The translations under genes were made by a program, and so were the position numbers. A model generated the notes under the pieces. It saw only the letters and a program-made list of their open reading frames with translations. It was not told the DNA's origin and made no database searches. Below are positions 27,661 to 37,037 of a stretch of DNA of 64,000 nt, one piece after another. The stretch's first letter is position 1; the number at the start of each line of letters is the position of its first letter. Location: NCBI GenBank assembly GCA_965247635.1, contig CBDFHJ010000010.1:261918-325917 (forward strand). Direction: 5' to 3'. The DNA is from Dehalococcoidia bacterium (GTDB lineage: Bacteria > Chloroflexota > Dehalococcoidia > Lucifugimonadales > Australimonadaceae).

Positions 27661-28034
27661 CAGCGCTAGCCCGAAGACGTAGCGCAGACGCCGGAGCTTA
27701 AAGAACGTGGCATTTTCACTCTAAGACGCGCCTCACCAACGGAGGATTGGCCTACCTTTAGGCCATCATTCTACCATTTCGGAAACATGAAATCTGATGG
27801 ATAGGAGCACCCTGATCGGATATAATCTAACCTGGGTTTGCCGCTTCTTCCTGGGGGAATAGGGTCCAGTCTTCGTAGTTCCCCTAGTGGCTTCCTCCAT
27901 CGGGCTTATCCGTGACGGCGGCGCAGGCTTCAACATGGGGGTGTGTATCGCATGAACGCCAGAAGGTCCTCAGCAGGCATGTTCTGCCCCGACCTTCAAC
28001 GGTTCGAATCAATGGTATTCCGACTGGCTTTTAG

Positions 28035-28754
28035 GTGAGTGAATTGAGGAATCAGAAGCGTGGGACTAGGGCGGCGGTGGTTGGTGGCGCTGCAGGCCTC
28101 ATTCCCGCTATCGCGCTGGCCTTCTACTCGTTCTTGTCACAGGAACCCGATGTCGCCGAACAGCGTGTGGGCTATGTAGTGTTGGCCCTGCTCTTCCTTT
28201 CGCCGTATGTACTGGCGCTCATTGCCTCTAGGGTGCGAGAACCTGGTGTACGTGGTGGACTGCTTTTGGGTGTAGGTCTGCTGTCGTTGGTCGCAAGTTT
28301 CTCAACTCTCTCGTCACTCTTTTTCGTTTTTCTGCCTGCGACATTCGTGATTTGGTTCGCCGCTATCAGAAGTCTAACTGTCGCGCGGCGCCCGTTGGCG
28401 ACTGTGGCACCAACTACTGTCGCTGGGATGTTGATCGCTGCGATCGTGGGATTCGGCTTCTTTTCTCTGTTATGGATGCAGAACCAGGACTCGGAGGTTC
28501 GTTGTTGGGTGCTGACTCGAGGCCCAGACGGACACTCCAGTTGGGAGTCACGACCCAACGTCGGGGTCCAGGGGAGTGTTAGCGTCGGAGCCATAGGTGG
28601 CGAGCGGTCCAAATGCATCAGCGGCGTCATCACCAACTCCGAGGCCGCGATGAGTATTGGTGCGGTTGCCATAGCTATCCTGGGTATGTTGATGGTGTCA
28701 AGGTGGTCAGGACATCTAGGACGGCCCAGCTACGGGGAATCCCGGCAGCTCTAG
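28035..28754 (+). CDS. Polytopic membrane protein, unknown function
   Basis: 239-aa ORF with a GTG start and several hydrophobic spans. Confidence 0.55.
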   Translation: MSELRNQKRGTRAAVVGGAAGLIPAIALAFYSFLSQEPDVAEQRVGYVVLALLFLSPYVLALIASRVREPGVRGGLLLGVGLLSLVASFSTLSSLFFVFLPATFVIWFAAIRSLTVARRPLATVAPTTVAGMLIAAIVGFGFFSLLWMQNQDSEVRCWVLTRGPDGHSSWESRPNVGVQGSVSVGAIGGERSKCISGVITNSEAAMSIGAVAIAILGMLMVSRWSGHLGRPSYGESRQL

Positions 28755-29218
28755 CATTTCCTTCTATACGGATAGACGTTCACTTCCTAGATACCCAATC
28801 ATATCCAAGCCCACAACCCACGAGTACCGTCATTCTCCCTTGCGGTTGCCTGTAACCATTAACCTGGCGGCCACGGCAACGCCCGCCCCCAGGTGAGTGA
28901 AATCCTGTGGCCCACTTCGAAAGGTGCTGGTAGTCCGGTCTCCACCTGCACCGATACGACCGGATCGCTTCAGTGAGGGAACGCTTTCTTGGTTTGAAGC
29001 GTACTATCAAGTGGGGGCTCATCTGAACGCCGCAGGAGATCGCCGCAGTGGGGGCGGACGAACATCACGGTCGGCTTCGTTGCTATCGGGGAACTTTTCC
29101 TTGAGCCGATGCGTCATACTTATTATGGGCTCACTTGGAAGCAGGACGGCAGTCGCGTGTCGGTACGGGGGCTTTCCTGTGGCGACGCAATATCCGATAG
29201 AGAGGGACGGTCTATACG

Positions 29219-32200
29219 ATGAGGCTTCACAGCAAGGAGCTGGGATTGAGCGGGCGATTGGGGGTACCAAAGCTTGGCATCGTTGGAGGACTGTTGGTCC
29301 TCCTAATGTTGGTCTCTGCGGCTTGCGATGATAAGGCACAACCCACTGGACCCACGGCTACTCAGGAGTCACCAGGTACCGGCACACAGACCCAACAGGT
29401 GGCCACACCTACGACCACGCCATCTCCACACGTTCCCGGCTCCATCACACCGGCACCTGCCTCCGAGAGGTACAGGCTGGACCTGGGTGGCGATGTGGTA
29501 GTCGCCTTCGTGGAGGGGCTGTCGCCAGAGCACTCGGGCAAGGTCGCTTACGTCACTCACGTGCCCTCCGGCTCGCAACTCGTGTTAGACCCAGCTGGTC
29601 GGACCGTCGAGCGGCATGATGGACGAGGCGATGGCCCATCCCGACTGGACGGGGTTCTAGAGGGCGAGGACAAGATGGAACGGATCTTGCAGGGTCTCCA
29701 GGGTGATGAGAGTCTCCGCTCCCGCGCGTCGGCTGCCGACTGGTTCCACGCCATTCAGTTCGACGGTATCACCTACTTGGCCAAGGGCAGCTTGGGTGGA
29801 CCTATCATCACCGAAGGAGAGCGTGCCCTGACTATTGACGACTTAGGCTCAGAGCTATACCGGGTCGCCTTCCGGATCGACGGTTATGGCGGCCACTTTC
29901 ACCAGGACGGCGACGCAACTTACCTGAATCCGGGCACTCCGGTTTACGAGGTCAAGGGATACGCACCGGAGTTTCGACTGGCGGCGCTGGAAGATGGTAG
30001 AGCCAGGCTATTCGAGGCGGACACCAACACTGCGGCCAAGACCGGCGAGGACCTGTTGGACATTCGAGGCAAGGTCACGTTCATCGACATCAACAGCGAA
30101 ATGAACTCGATCAAGGTGCTCGGCACGAAAGAGGAAGATGAGGAGGATGTGGTCCTCGGAACGATAGAGGAAGGACGCGCCGTCGAGCGGTTCGTCGAAT
30201 TGGTGCTCGAGTCGCCGGTGGACCAGGGGCGTCGTGACCATGAGGGGCCGCGCTATTTCCTCAACTTTCGGCTCGCCGACGGCACGTCGGTGGTGCGCGC
30301 CTTCTGGTTGGAGTCCGGTGAGCTCTCCCGAGGCATCATGACCGACCCCCTGGTAGCAACGCTCGTGCGTAGCGCGCTCGGGAAGGAAGGAGGCACGCAG
30401 AGTGCCAACAGACAGTGGGGTGGCGGCACTGGAATTCGGTTGAGCGCACCTTCAGCTGCGGTGCAGCAGTCGGTTGCCGGGAACCGGATTCAGCTGCCCC
30501 AGGCCGTCGAACAGGCTTTCGCCGCCCAACCTTCGCCAGACTGGAATTTGGTCGAAGCGCCGGGCCTCGGTGACCAGCCAGGTTTCTCTCTTCGTCTACC
30601 TAGAGGTTGGGAGTTGCGTGAGACCCGGCCACTTGATTCCTATGTAGGCGAACTCGTAGGTGATGGCGTTGTGCTCAGGTTCGACTACGGCCGATTCTCG
30701 TCGAGCCTTGACCCCGCAGGGAAACTCGAGACCATCTACGTCTTGGGGTACGAAGACATTGGGGGCTATGAGGCCAAGCTAGTAATTCCTCTGAAAGCCT
30801 CCGGCGGGCTCACCGGCGTCCACTTCCGGGCGATGGATGGCCTCAGACTGACCGTTTCGGGGGAAGACCTGACGCCCGAGCAACAGCGCACCGCATTCGC
30901 CATCTTCAGGACCATCCGGAGCGCCAATAGAACCGCTGATGGTTCATCTGAGGAACCTGGCGCCTCCAAGTCGACTTCACGTCTGGTCATACGTAGAGGG
31001 CCTATGTCGGTTACTCATGAAGGCATCGACTACGAGGCCGTCGCTGGGCCAATACGAGAGGAACTGCTAGACGTAGATCGACTCGAACCGACCCAACTGG
31101 CGCTAAACGATAGTGGGCTGAGAGACAGTAAAGGTGGTCGAGTTTACCTTCTCCCCGGAGTGCCCCTTGAGCAGGGTTTCCTGGTGCGGTCTACAGAACA
31201 GGGGTTGTACAAGGACATCTGGTATCTTGATCCGGAGACGGCATACCCCGTGTGTCAGCCCGGAGCACGCAACTACTTCTACGTCGCCGAGGGGACCTCG
31301 CCAACGCCCTCGTCTGTCCCTGGTACCGATACTCCCACGATTGCGACAGACCTGTCGTCGGAGGGATTGCTGGACGCAGGTTGGCCACTCGTGAACATGG
31401 CCAATCTGCGGATCGAGTTCCGGGGAGTGGAGTACAACTACGTTGACCACAGCCACTTCGGCGGCTACGTGCAGATAGAGGAGCTAGAAACGCTGGCTAT
31501 CGACTATCACCTTGACTTCGGGCCGTTGCCGTCTCCCGCTCTGCAGGAGATAGCCACAGGCGCCACAGTCCAAGACCGAATCCGAATCTACCGGCTTCCG
31601 AAGAGGCCGGTCGGCGAGGTCATCCTGGTCAGCCAGTGTCCGGGCGACCTTCACGGGCAACAGTTCGTCTACTATCGGCAAACCGGGCTACATAGGAAGT
31701 ACACATCTGAGGCCCCGAAGCTGGCCGCTACCCCTACGCCGGAGCCATTGCATCCGGGCACCAAAAGGACCATGCCGCCTGACCACGTGAGGCTTGACCT
31801 CGACCCCAAGGTCGTGGTTGCGTTTATTGACGACGATGACCGCGGCCGCATCGCCTACGTCACTCACGTACCGTCGGGGACTCAGGTGGCGTTGGACGCA
31901 GAGAGCAATGTGTTTGAGAAACACTCTGGCTCCACCGCGGGCGACAGAGCAATTAACATGGCGCTCCGAGACGCCGATGTCAGGGAGCGAATCAGGAGAG
32001 GTCTCCAATACGAGGGCGACCTTCCTGGCAACGCGATCATGGACTGGGTCAACTTCATTCGGTTCGGCGGGCACGAGTACCTCTCGAAAGCGAGGCGGGG
32101 CGGTGGCGACCAAGTCGAAGAATCCCGATTGGGCGAGGTGCTGTACCGAGTAGCCTTCCACGTTGACGCCAATCTGGTGCCCGGCGACTATCGGCCCAGA

Positions 32201-32368
32201 GACGGCGACGCCGCCTTTCTGCCACCGGGGACGGCTATACACAGCGTCGATGGCCATTCACCGTCCGAGACGCTCGCCGCAGCGGTGGATGGAGAGGTGT
32301 GGTTGTTCAGAAAGTCGTCTCCGGGCCCTTCAACCCCTACGCCTGTTGTCGTGCCTCGCAAGCCCTGA
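29219..32368 (+). CDS. Large secreted protein (1049 aa) with duplicated ~185-aa terminal domains
   Basis: Signal-like N-terminus (LLVLLMLVSAAC) and a Thr/Pro linker. Residues 83..267 and 855..1035 are clearly homologous (RLDLGGDVVVAF..VAYVTHVPSGSQL vs RLDLDPKVVVAF..IAYVTHVPSGTQV). Confidence 0.7.
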   Translation: MRLHSKELGLSGRLGVPKLGIVGGLLVLLMLVSAACDDKAQPTGPTATQESPGTGTQTQQVATPTTTPSPHVPGSITPAPASERYRLDLGGDVVVAFVEGLSPEHSGKVAYVTHVPSGSQLVLDPAGRTVERHDGRGDGPSRLDGVLEGEDKMERILQGLQGDESLRSRASAADWFHAIQFDGITYLAKGSLGGPIITEGERALTIDDLGSELYRVAFRIDGYGGHFHQDGDATYLNPGTPVYEVKGYAPEFRLAALEDGRARLFEADTNTAAKTGEDLLDIRGKVTFIDINSEMNSIKVLGTKEEDEEDVVLGTIEEGRAVERFVELVLESPVDQGRRDHEGPRYFLNFRLADGTSVVRAFWLESGELSRGIMTDPLVATLVRSALGKEGGTQSANRQWGGGTGIRLSAPSAAVQQSVAGNRIQLPQAVEQAFAAQPSPDWNLVEAPGLGDQPGFSLRLPRGWELRETRPLDSYVGELVGDGVVLRFDYGRFSSSLDPAGKLETIYVLGYEDIGGYEAKLVIPLKASGGLTGVHFRAMDGLRLTVSGEDLTPEQQRTAFAIFRTIRSANRTADGSSEEPGASKSTSRLVIRRGPMSVTHEGIDYEAVAGPIREELLDVDRLEPTQLALNDSGLRDSKGGRVYLLPGVPLEQGFLVRSTEQGLYKDIWYLDPETAYPVCQPGARNYFYVAEGTSPTPSSVPGTDTPTIATDLSSEGLLDAGWPLVNMANLRIEFRGVEYNYVDHSHFGGYVQIEELETLAIDYHLDFGPLPSPALQEIATGATVQDRIRIYRLPKRPVGEVILVSQCPGDLHGQQFVYYRQTGLHRKYTSEAPKLAATPTPEPLHPGTKRTMPPDHVRLDLDPKVVVAFIDDDDRGRIAYVTHVPSGTQVALDAESNVFEKHSGSTAGDRAINMALRDADVRERIRRGLQYEGDLPGNAIMDWVNFIRFGGHEYLSKARRGGGDQVEESRLGEVLYRVAFHVDANLVPGDYRPRDGDAAFLPPGTAIHSVDGHSPSETLAAAVDGEVWLFRKSSPGPSTPTPVVVPRKP

Positions 32369-32428
32369 TGTCCAACTTCCAGGACGTTGAGATCGTCAGG
32401 CAACGGTCGGGCTAAGGAAGGTATCGCC

Positions 32429-33061
32429 ATGAATAGGAGGACAGCCATTGTCTTATCCACTACCGTCGTGCTGCTGGCTGTGATCGGGACGACAGCATTA
32501 CTAGCCCAACGAGCGGATAACCCGCCGCCCAACCCGCACGTGGTCGAACCAAGCCCGATCCCGGAGGTCGTCGATCTAAGCCAGATCAAGGAGGACGTGG
32601 TCAAGGAGCTGTTCTACAGTAGCGGAAGAATGATAAATCCGGATAGGCAGCTAGCCGAGGTGGCGAGGGATCACGAAGGCGGTTTCGGTGGCTACTACTT
32701 CGCCGAAACTGACAAGAGCATCGTCTACGTCTACATGCTGGACGTTACGAAGACAGCTGCTGCTGAGGCCGCCTTCCACGCAGCATATCACGGTGATCGT
32801 GAGATCACCCAGATAATCCCGGTTCAAGGCGACTACTCTCTCGACCAGTTGGTCGAGTGGTTCTACATCCTCGACAGAGCTTTGATTGAGAGCGGCATAC
32901 CCCCGGCCAGGGCATCCGTGCGGGAGATCGAAAACCGCATCCGGATCGGACTGTTCGATGCGGCTCAAATCGACGATGCTCTGCACATAATGGAAAGGCT
33001 CGGGATTCCCGAAGGGGCTGTAGTGCTTAATGAAGACTACCTAAGACCGCTCGCGGAGTAA
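32429..33061 (+). CDS. Secreted/anchored hypothetical protein
   Basis: ATG at 32429 after an AAGGAAGG SD, with N-terminal hydrophobic segment TAIVLSTTVVLLAVIGTTALLA. Confidence 0.6.
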   Translation: MNRRTAIVLSTTVVLLAVIGTTALLAQRADNPPPNPHVVEPSPIPEVVDLSQIKEDVVKELFYSSGRMINPDRQLAEVARDHEGGFGGYYFAETDKSIVYVYMLDVTKTAAAEAAFHAAYHGDREITQIIPVQGDYSLDQLVEWFYILDRALIESGIPPARASVREIENRIRIGLFDAAQIDDALHIMERLGIPEGAVVLNEDYLRPLAE

Positions 33062-33067
33062 GGGAAC

Positions 33068-34942
33068 GTGAGGGCGAAGTGGAGCTTGCTATTGAATATA
33101 CTGTTGACGGTGATGGGCGTAGTCGCGTTCAGTTCACTCGTCGTCGCCTGCGGGACAACAGACGAGCCCGAAACCGCTCGGCCCACAGCCACAGCGGAGC
33201 TTCTCACTGGTGCAACCGACGCCCCTGGTGATGGTCCCCTCACCGCCGCAGAGATTCTTGCTCATGCTCAAGGGGCGATGGACCGGCAGAGCTTCCGGGG
33301 AAGCTTCGCCTTCGCACCCTCCCGGCCTGCGCCAGTATTCACCTATGCTCCAGGCCTCACTCTCCTTCAAGACATAGGTGGCGATTGGCCTCCATTCCTC
33401 CTCCTTTCCAACGGTACGGCCTTGTCCTCTGAGAGTGGCACTCGTTGGCTAACGTCGCCTGACAACTCCAGCTCTGGACTCTTCTTCGGCGTCATTTCAG
33501 ACCCACGGGTCGCACTACACTTCGCCGATTCTCCAGAGATCATCGGGGAGGAAGCCATCGACGGTCGTACGTACCTGATCGTGTCCACGGGCCTCGACGT
33601 ACAGGCTATCCTGGATATGACGCCTCCCCTGGAGTCGCACGTCCGCACTAGTATGAGCTTCCCGTACCCGGAAGGGGCCGACGCCCAGGAGCTTGAGGGG
33701 CTGGGCTATGAGGTGTTCGGCCACCTGCTGGAGGACTCCGCCAAGTGGGAGGCGTTCAAGGGACCCTACCAGCTGAGCTTCTCCGAGCGGGCCGACCGTC
33801 CAGGTCAGCCCCGAGAAGAATGGAACGTACGAGTCACCGTCATCGTCCAGGGGATCACCACGTTGGAAGCTTCGGCGAAACAGGAGCTCCGGGCAGCCCT
33901 GGAGGGCTACGGCGCCGACCCGGACCTCGTCGAGAACATGCGCGTCATGCCCGTTGCCCAGGACGCAGGTGAGTACATTAGTCAGCAGCTACAGGAGGTG
34001 AGGGTCCGGCTATGGATAGACCCACAATCCGGCCTGGTGGGTCGCATGGCCATCGGCCCAAGCTTTTCAGACACGGATGAAGTTGCGGTCGGGTTCTGGG
34101 GTTACGATGACGATATCCAGTTGCAAACGCCCAGCCAAGTCATGGAACTCCGACGGGCTGAAGCTCTGAATGGGGTAGCTCGACGGGGCTTTCACGCGCT
34201 CAACGAGGCGCTGCAGCGCTACGAAGAGGAGCGCGGCCACTACCCTGATGCGCTGACGCCCGAGACCTTGGGTGATGCCCTGGAAGCCCTCGGGCTTGTA
34301 TGGCCCACCAACCCGTTCAAAGATGCCCCCGTGCGCCACGCCCCGGGCAGCCCCGGAGATTTCAGCTACACCGGGTATGGGAACGACTACACCTTCGAAG
34401 TACAGGGCTGGGACCACCCGGTGACGTCCAGAACGGCGGCGTCCGGTGAAACAGAGGACGCTCCGAAGGCGGACACGCTGGAGAAGGACTTAGAGTTCAT
34501 CAGGTCCTTGGACTTCCCCGTGTTCTGGCTGGGGCTGAAGTCAGGTGCACCGGACCAGGACGAAGTGGCGCTACTTCCACTGACGTTGACAGAGGCTATG
34601 GCATGCCCACCGGAGCCAGCCTGCATCTGGCCTGTCAGATTGGTCTATGGGACAGAGGAACAAGGTTCCAGGCTCTTGTCGTTCTTGGAAAGACCCCGCG
34701 TTGAGAGCGATACCCCGGAGGGCGAGCAGATGGAGATTGCAGGGCTAAAGGCGACCGTGGCTGTCTCAAAGGAACCATTCCCAGCCCGCGCCGACCTTTC
34801 AGTATGGCAGGCCACTGTGTGGCTGCCAGAGAGCGTCATACGAGTCGCAGCGACCACCATCACAGAGGACCCTGAGGGGAATCCCTTCAATAGCGAGCTT
34901 GGCCTCACTGCCGCCGTCCAATTGCTGATGGAGCTGCGGTAG
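33068..34942 (+). CDS. Putative lipoprotein (624 aa)
   Basis: Signal peptide with lipobox-like VVAC (..VVAFSSLVVACG). Confidence 0.65.
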   Translation: MRAKWSLLLNILLTVMGVVAFSSLVVACGTTDEPETARPTATAELLTGATDAPGDGPLTAAEILAHAQGAMDRQSFRGSFAFAPSRPAPVFTYAPGLTLLQDIGGDWPPFLLLSNGTALSSESGTRWLTSPDNSSSGLFFGVISDPRVALHFADSPEIIGEEAIDGRTYLIVSTGLDVQAILDMTPPLESHVRTSMSFPYPEGADAQELEGLGYEVFGHLLEDSAKWEAFKGPYQLSFSERADRPGQPREEWNVRVTVIVQGITTLEASAKQELRAALEGYGADPDLVENMRVMPVAQDAGEYISQQLQEVRVRLWIDPQSGLVGRMAIGPSFSDTDEVAVGFWGYDDDIQLQTPSQVMELRRAEALNGVARRGFHALNEALQRYEEERGHYPDALTPETLGDALEALGLVWPTNPFKDAPVRHAPGSPGDFSYTGYGNDYTFEVQGWDHPVTSRTAASGETEDAPKADTLEKDLEFIRSLDFPVFWLGLKSGAPDQDEVALLPLTLTEAMACPPEPACIWPVRLVYGTEEQGSRLLSFLERPRVESDTPEGEQMEIAGLKATVAVSKEPFPARADLSVWQATVWLPESVIRVAATTITEDPEGNPFNSELGLTAAVQLLMELR

Positions 34943-34975
34943 AGCACCGATGACGATGGGAAGGGCACGCAAAGA

Positions 34976-35647
34976 GTGAATCGCTGGCAACAATCTGGAG
35001 TTTATACCCTGGGACTGGCGGTAATTCTTGCCTGTGCCGTGGCTTGTTCGGAACCACTGCGGCCACCAGAGAATCTCTCGATGGGGAAGTTCCCAAGTGG
35101 CACCTTCGCCCTCTTGCAGTGGAATAATCCGAACCAACGCGCTATATCATTCGAGTTACAATGGCGGTTCAGCGATGTACCTCACTGGGTACCCCTAGCC
35201 TCCACCCCTCCAGGGGCAACTACGCATCCAGATTCTGGTCCCGGCCATATCGCTGAATGGAACTTCACCGGTTATTGCTATCGAGGGCGCGCGGTACTCG
35301 GCAACTCAACGTCCGAATGGTCGGATGAGTTATGTGCTGACATGGGAGCTGGGGAGCCACACCCACCCCCCTATTGGCCTCCACCAGCAAGGGAAGTGAG
35401 CGCAGAATCAACGGATGGAGGAGTGAGGATAACCTGGGAAGCTCATGACGCTGGGCAGTTCGGCTTACCCGACGCACTGGTACTCCGACGAGAATCAACG
35501 GAGGGGGCATACGACGTCATTGCCACCTTGCCCTACGGGACCTTCGATTTCACTGACGGTGAAGGCGGCCGTGACCACTGCTACAGGATTGGCACGAGTT
35601 TCAGGGACCGAGGGAAGAGTGTCAGTGGAGATGTGTGCCTGCGTTGA
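34976..35647 (+). CDS. Putative secreted protein with Fn3-like repeats (223 aa)
   Basis: GTG start and signal-like LGLAVILACAVACSE. Two segments have beta-sandwich-like W/Y/C spacing. The family call is tentative. Confidence 0.55.
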   Translation: MNRWQQSGVYTLGLAVILACAVACSEPLRPPENLSMGKFPSGTFALLQWNNPNQRAISFELQWRFSDVPHWVPLASTPPGATTHPDSGPGHIAEWNFTGYCYRGRAVLGNSTSEWSDELCADMGAGEPHPPPYWPPPAREVSAESTDGGVRITWEAHDAGQFGLPDALVLRRESTEGAYDVIATLPYGTFDFTDGEGGRDHCYRIGTSFRDRGKSVSGDVCLR

Positions 35648-35716
35648 TACGGACTGATCATCGGGCGACAAAGGCCTCTTCACGGGCAGTTCATCGAGTT
35701 TAAGCGAGGGGCTCGA

Positions 35717-36556
35717 CTACTTCCACCACAGCCCCAGCGTGAGCACACGCCGGACCCACCGCACCAGCGCCCGCCTGGCCCGCTCCCTCTGGATGTTCGC
35801 CAGCGCCCTCTCCCGCCAGTCCAGCTCGGCTCCCCTGGCGAAGTCGTCCAGGGGAGATGTTCCTGGGGGCAGAGTCAGCTTGTACTCACCCAGCATGGCG
35901 ATCTCCAGCTCCATGATCCGCTCCCTGGTCTTGGCCTGGGTGAGCTTGGTTCCGACCTCCCGCTCCTTCATCAGCCGCCGCCACTCCTCAACCAGAGGCA
36001 TCCCAGGACCATATGAAAGCTCTTCGTTGGGATGGGGCTCTTTGGAGATCACGCCGAAACCGAAGTAGCTACTGTGATAAACGCGCCTGGCCTCCCTCCC
36101 TGAATCAGCGGCATTTAGCTCCGCATCCTCCGGTGCCTTCTCCTTGGCTTGCTCCAGCCGAGTGAGCCTGTCCTTCGTCTCGCTCAACGCCTCGTCGAAT
36201 TCGTCGAGCCTACTATTCAGCTCTCTCCAGACCTCAGGGGGTCCGGCTTCGAGAGCGGTGCGCATCTCCTGCTCCAACGCCTCCACACGCCGCTCCATCT
36301 CCTCCATTCTCTGCTCCCGCGAGTCGTTGCCCTCTCGCTGAGAGGCCCCCGCGCCAACCTCTGACCCCAGCCCCCGCTCCATCGCCTCGCGAACCCGCCA
36401 GGAAATACTTCCCCCTTCCATGCTGGCAGCTACCGTCCTGGGGTCTATCTTCAGAGCCGTCGCCGCTCCTCTGACCCCTCTCTGCCTCACCAGCTCACGA
36501 AGCAGCGCCATGAGCCGCTCATCGGACATCTCCTCCATACTCTTGCCTTCGTTCAT
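35717..36556 (-). CDS. Coiled-coil protein with N-terminal HTH-like segment
   Basis: 279 aa from the ATG at 36556, which is preceded by an AGGAGAG SD. Contains LMALLRELVRQRGVRGAATALKIDPRTVAA and a long Glu/Arg-rich heptad region. Divergent from the ATPase gene. Confidence 0.6.
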   Translation of the reverse strand: MNEGKSMEEMSDERLMALLRELVRQRGVRGAATALKIDPRTVAASMEGGSISWRVREAMERGLGSEVGAGASQREGNDSREQRMEEMERRVEALEQEMRTALEAGPPEVWRELNSRLDEFDEALSETKDRLTRLEQAKEKAPEDAELNAADSGREARRVYHSSYFGFGVISKEPHPNEELSYGPGMPLVEEWRRLMKEREVGTKLTQAKTRERIMELEIAMLGEYKLTLPPGTSPLDDFARGAELDWRERALANIQRERARRALVRWVRRVLTLGLWWK

Positions 36557-36647
36557 GATTGACTCTCCTGATTCCATTTGGGCAGCCCCGATGCAATCGG
36601 TGCCTTCCGCCGGAGCCACCGTTCAACGACCCCCACCTCTTCCCGCA

Positions 36648-36659
36648 TGCAACTTGCAA
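36648..36659. promoter_or_regulatory. TGCAACTTGCAA repeat, copy 1 (candidate operator/iteron)
   Basis: The exact 12-mer recurs at 36797..36808. Related half sites (ATGCAACG, CTTGCAAAC, CCTTGCAT) lie between and around them. Confidence 0.35.
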
Positions 36660-36796
36660 AAAAGACCTGAGTTTTGCACATTCTCCATGCAACGCCCCCT
36701 TAACCCCAAATAACCCAAAGTGCTTGCAAACATGACGCTGTCATCATCCTGTAGGGGCTGAATTCCTTCTGAAATGGCCTCATTCACGACTCGACG

Positions 36797-36808
36797 TGCA
36801 ACTTGCAA
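36797..36808. promoter_or_regulatory. TGCAACTTGCAA repeat, copy 2
   Basis: Identical 12-mer 149 bp from copy 1, followed in both copies by an A-rich tail. Confidence 0.35.
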
Positions 36809-36906
36809 CAAAACTCATTTCTCTGTACAGCCCCCTGACCTCAACAGGGGCTCCGATGCCTAATGGCCCTTGCATCTGGAGATTGAATGGCTCACACTAG
36901 TCTATA

Positions 36907-36920
36907 AGAACACATGTTCT
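36907..36920. promoter_or_regulatory. LexA (Cheo-box type, GAAC-N4-GTTC) candidate operator
   Basis: AGAACACATGTTCT fits the core of CGAACRNRYGTTYC (12 of 14 positions, all core positions). It overlaps a TATAAG -10-like hexamer and sits 114 bp upstream of the ATPase gene. Confidence 0.45.
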
Positions 36921-36944
36921 CTCACATGTCCAGGAGGTGACGAC

Positions 36945-37037
36945 ATGGTCCTGCCATCGACTGGCCGGTCAACACAGCGAAATCATGAGAACGAGTACCC
37001 GCTAACAGAATCAAGATACGAGGAGGATCCACTATGA
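36945..37037 (+). CDS. 30-aa upstream ORF translationally coupled to the ATPase gene
   Basis: AGGAGG SD 7 nt before the ATG at 36945. Sequence MVLPSTGRSTQRNHENEYPLTESRYEEDPL. Its TGA overlaps the ATG at 37034 (ATGA). Confidence 0.3.
   Translation: MVLPSTGRSTQRNHENEYPLTESRYEEDPL

Noticed and set aside
28811-28825. 12-nt match cccacgagtacc shared between 28811.. and 51017.. as a repeat family.
   Set aside because: It is too short, has no extended similarity on either side, and is compatible with chance.
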